Below, piece after piece: positions 59,730 to 64,000 of a DNA stretch of 64,000 bases. The notes under the pieces were generated by a model, which saw only the letters and a program-made list of their open reading frames with translations, did no database searches and was not told where the DNA came from. The stretch comes from Mustelus asterias (Eukaryota). The position numbers were made by a program, and so were the translations under genes. Location of the stretch: positions 248,001 to 312,000 of the forward strand of contig NW_027590120.1 of NCBI RefSeq assembly GCF_964213995.1, read 5' to 3'. Numbering within the stretch: the stretch's first letter is position 1; the number at the start of each line of letters is the position of its first letter.

Positions 59730-60204
59730 ATGGGGCTCTTCTGGTTTTGTCATCTGGTTATATTGTGGCTGGTGTTCGGTATGTAAAACAATAACTTCTT
59801 ATCTGCTGGCAGTATTGTGATGTTAATGGACTCAGCAATCAGTGTTGCATTAAACTTTCCTTATATTTTATTCAGGGTTGATTCAAGCAGATTCTGTGGC
59901 GCAACCTCAGATTGAATTGTCTATTACTGAAGGAGACAGAATGAAAATGGACTGCAGCTACACGACAAGTCACAGAAATCCCTTTCTTTACAGAGAGCAC
60001 ACGGACCAGGCTCCGCATTTTATTTTGTACCGAGATTGAAGCAACAGAAGAGACGCAGGTTTTGCCAAGGGAAAATTCGAGGCCAGTCAGACGAATGCAG
60101 AAAATATTTTTTCTTTAACTATTACTCGAGCAGAAATCCAAGATATCGCTGTCTATTTCTGCGTGTTGAGAGACACAGAGGTCATCTATCGCTGTACAAA
60201 AACC
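59730..60204 (+). pseudogene. TCR alpha/delta-type V pseudogene with leader exon
   Basis: Leader 59730-59778 (MGLFWFCHLVILWLVF, G|GT); V exon from 59876 DSVAQP...MDCSYTTS...QAPHFILYRD*...DIAVYFCVLR; conserved Trp deleted; TGA at 60037; RSS CACAGAG-15nt-ACAAAAACC. Confidence 0.92.
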
Positions 60205-61369
60205 TCATCAAACAGAACTGGCACAGGTGGTGTCGCCAGTTCAAGTTCTATCTGCAGTTCCGTGTTAACTGTTACATTTCTCAATTCAATCGCCTCTTAT
60301 TCATGAAACTGTGGATTCAGGTGTCCCTTCAGAGACCTGAGCGCACATTCTAGCTGCCACTTCCACTGCCAGTGGTAATGGAGTCCGAGCGCCTCCGCAG
60401 TGAATTGCTCAGATAAACTACTAAATAGAGGCTCCGTCTGGCCTTTCTGGAGGATCCTAAACATTTCACCGCACTAGCCTCTAAAGCAGGGCAATTTTCC
60501 AAGACATTCAAACGCCAGTCGACAATCTGCAACAGATGACCACGTGACGAGGGATCTTGCTCTGTTCATAGCGACTCTTTCCTCCATTGCAATAGTGACT
60601 GCACTTCAGATTTATGTCATTTTTATTGTGGGCAGACTGGAGGGACTCGGCCGTCCTTCTCTGTCCGTCATGGTTGGCAGCAATAATAAATATTGCAACT
60701 TGCGGGCCTGCACACATCATTTTCGGTTTCCCACTCAACATTCGCCCAAACAAGGCCAATTGCCTGACTGGGCCTTAGGCCCGGCCCTGGGGCGCTAACT
60801 TTTCAAATAACCAAATTGGGGTTTCTGTACCAAATTCCTAGCGTGCAACATTTGACTGGATTCCAAACAGCTTTCAGGTCATTTGTCTCATTAACCTGCT
60901 CAAGCTTCATCCTCCACCTTCTCGTCATCCACCTTTTACACAAGAGCGTTTTCAATGACCTCGTTGCTATTCTTTGAGCAAAGGACAATGAAAGCCACAG
61001 GATGTCAATTATACCAATCAGGAAAAAATTCTGATGAAATATATGATTTCAACAGAAATTTATCTGGCTGTTTGCAAACAAGAGCATTTTGTTCTGACAA
61101 ATGCTTGTTAAGAAATCGTGAAGATGGCAGCATTAAACTCGAGATTTTCAGCTGTTATTGTGCTCCCTGTGTGGGAGTTAGAGAGGGGGCGTTGTAAAGC
61201 GGTGAGAACTGAGTAAAAGATGGAGAACAGCAATCATGGAAATGTTACAGTATATCATAAAGCAATGTAGTGCAATGGAAAACAGTTAGCTTCTGAATGT
61301 GACCGGCATCGACAGGCGCGATGTAAGCGACAAAGAGTTTTTGGGATTATCTACCTGATCTGCTGTTTG

Positions 61370-62288
61370 CAGGTGATAAAATGTTGGGTGGGAGGGTGAG
61401 CTGTGAAGAGGATGCAGAGATGCTTCAGTGTGATTTGGGCAGGCTGAGTGGGCGGGCATGTGCATGGCAGATGCAATATAATGTGGATCAATTTGAGGTT
61501 ATCCACTTTGATAGCAAAAATAGGAAGACAGATTTTTACTTGAATGGGTATAAATTGAAAGAGCTGGATACTCAACGAGACCTTGGACATTGAGCATTAA
61601 TAGCTGAAATTAAGCACGCAGGTACAGCAGGCAGTAAAGAAGGCAAATGGTATGTTGGCTTCATAGCGACAGGATTTGAGTATAGGGATAGGGATGTTTT
61701 GCTGCAATTCTATCGGGCGTTGGCGAGGCCACACCTGGAGTACTGTTTTGGTGTCCTTATCTGAGCAAGGATGTCCTTGTTATCGAGGGAGTACAGCGAA
61801 GGTTTACCAGGCTGATTCCTGTGAAGGCAGGTCTGTTCTAAGAGGAGAGATTAAGTCGGTTACGAATATATTCATTGGAGTTTAGAAGAGTGAGAGGGGA
61901 TCTCATAGAAACTTTGAAACTTCTAACAGGATGAGACAGGATAGATTCAGAAAGAATGTTCCCAATGGTGTGGAATTCCAGAATTAGGAGTCATATTTGA
62001 GGGTAAGGGGTAAACTATTTAGAACTGAAGTGAGGAGAAATGTCTTCATTCGGGGGGAGGTGAATGGGTGGAATTCCCTATCAGCGAATGTATTTGAGGT
62101 CAAAACGTTGTCTGATTTCAAGATGAAATTAGATATAACTCTTGGCGCTAAAGGGAATCAAGGGATGTGGGAGGAAGGGGGTAACCAGGATATTGGATTT
62201 GATGATCAGCTGTGATCAATATGAATGGCGGAGCAGGCTTGAAGGGCCGAATTGCCTACTCCTGCTTCTAGTTTCTATGTTTCTATGT
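61370..62288 (+). mobile_element. CR1 3' fragment
   Basis: WQMQYNV, RPHLEY and FRTEVRRN motifs; (TTTCTATG)n tail. Confidence 0.9.
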
Positions 62289-62416
62289 ATCAATTAACAG
62301 AGGGTAATTGAATTCCCCTCTATGTGTTTGAGTGGCTGACAGCCTCGTTGTGACTGCACCTTTCCGAGATTTTAGACAATCTCACCAGGCAGGAATCGCA
62401 GTTTCAATCAGAAGAC

Positions 62417-62900
62417 AGTTTTTGTACAGCGTAGGTACTGTTTTCTATTACTGTGAGTCCCAGGGCGCAGTAATAAACGGCGGCGTTAGTCGGTTGCAGG
62501 TCCATGATGGTTAATCTTGTGGTGGAGTCTGACAGCTGGAGGTCTGATGCAAAACGATTTCCTAACGCCGAGCCTTTCCATTCCACAACATCACAAGACC
62601 ATCTCCACACAACAAACTGGGGCTCTTTCGTTGCTTGCTGCAAGTACCAATATACATAATACCTTTCTTCTGTAGTGCTATAGATACATTTTATAGTCAC
62701 GGCTTCAGCTTCTTTCACGCTCACTGATGCGATGGACTGAGGAATTGAATCTCCATCACTCTGATTTGTAATGTGTTCAGGAACAAGACAAGATGGGCAT
62801 TAACAAAAAAGTAAAACTTTAATTTGAACGGAACACTGTTGAAATCGTCCTCACCGTCAAAAATTATCCCAAACACAATCCAGACTCTGAATATCTGCAC
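62417..62900 (-). pseudogene. TCR alpha/delta-type V segment: open V exon and good 23-RSS, but GTG start and AA splice acceptor
   Basis: Leader 62900-62855 (GTG QIFRVWIVFGIIFD, G|GTGAG); V exon DSIPQ..VTIKC..YWYLQQ..AAVYYCALG to 62456; heptamer CACAGTA 62455-62449, 23-nt spacer, nonamer ACAAAAACT; acceptor reads TTACAA|ATCAG. Confidence 0.88.
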
Positions 62901-63751
62901 GGCCGCCGCCGAGCCCGATCCTCTCTCCCTTTACAATGTCAAACCCGGAGCAGTTTAAAAACCCACACAGGATTGATTTGGTCAAAATCTCTTCCTCCTG
63001 CAATCATTTGCCGGCAATGACGCAATCCACAAGATACCCGCCAGATATTTAAATCAGATTCAAATGCGGGTCCTGGGTGAGCTGATGTTCTTTCACAGAC
63101 AGGATTAAATATTTCCTCGTGGTCAGTCATTCAGTGAGTCCACTCAAACCAGTAAGTTAACTGTCTTTACTGAGGTCTGTGATTTATTTCCTGGGGCCAC
63201 TGATCTTATTCCACTGATGTGTGATTATATTTAGTGGAGCCACTGATAAAATATAATCACACATCAGAAATCGAATAAGATGATATTAGACTGCATTTTT
63301 GCCTCTCTGTCTTTGTCTAAGGCCCTGTCTCGCTCTCTCTTATTATCTCCCTATTTCTCCCTCTCCCACTTCTATATATTCTTCTTACTTTCTTATTTTC
63401 TATTTTTCTGATCCTAACTCTCAGAGAGTCTTTCTTTAACTCTCTGGCATCCCGCGCGCTACCTCTTTGTGTCTCACGGCCTTTTACTCCCTTTTTTCGC
63501 TGCCGTTCTATCTTCCTGTTTATTTTTCCTTGCCTTTCCCTCGCCCTATTTTGTCAGGAGCTCAATCATTCAGAATGTCTTTTCACATCGATTAACTCTA
63601 TTTTCGACTACATTCACACAGCAATAAACGGTCTCGGTCTGATTCTGCAGCTGCCAGAGGTGAAGGTTCAGATTTCACAAACTGAGCTTCCATCACTCGG
63701 CTGATATGGCATTCCAGTGATAGTTTCCGTAGTTAGTTTGTTAGTTTGTAT

Positions 63752-64000
63752 CACTGCGAATGATCAGCGCACAATAATACACCCCAATGTCACTCAGCTG
63801 TATGTCTGTCAAGGTTAAACTGAAGAAACGATCCAATACTCAGAGCGTTGAAGAAAATCGGCCTCCCACACGCTCAACTTTCTCTGTTTCTCCCTCCGAA
63901 TTCCTTTTGATTAAAAATACCGGCTCTTCCCTCGGTTTTTGTCGGTACTAGAGCAGATCATAGCGGCGACTGGCTATGGAGAATGAATAGGGCAATGAAT
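63752..64000 (-). pseudogene. TCR alpha/delta-type V pseudogene (5' end beyond window)
   Basis: YDLL*YRQKPREEPVFLI...GRFSSTL*...FSLTLTDIQLSDIGVYYCALI; two stops; heptamer CGCAGTG with a decayed nonamer. Confidence 0.88.

Overview
Vertebrate genomic DNA, very probably a cartilaginous fish (shark-type CR1 LINEs, V-domain SINEs, Penelope hairpins, shark-like TCR V segments); the species cannot be fixed from sequence alone. Left part (1-39.5 kb): TE- and satellite-dense, with one apparently intact two-exon GPR139-like class A GPCR on the minus strand (exon 1 17738-17672, exon 2 7764-6869, ~320 aa). A 36-bp CCAAT-box array begins right after its stop codon. There is also a nested stack of an old full-length CR1, a young near-intact CR1 with a 50-bp tandem 5'UTR, and a Penelope fragment carrying a hammerhead ribozyme. 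Middle (39573-49676): a defective endogenous retrovirus (LTR, tRNA-Phe PBS, gag with two CCHC knuckles, TGA, pro-pol, gamma-type env, LTR). Its LTRs are divergent and its flanks do not match: a truncated CR1 lies on the left and half a TCR V exon on the right, which points to an ERV-mediated rearrangement breakpoint (or misassembly). Right part (49.7-64 kb): at least five T-cell-receptor alpha/delta-type V segments with 23-type RSSs, in mixed orientation and all defective, plus a decayed tRNA-Arg gene, CTCF-like motifs and old TE fragments.
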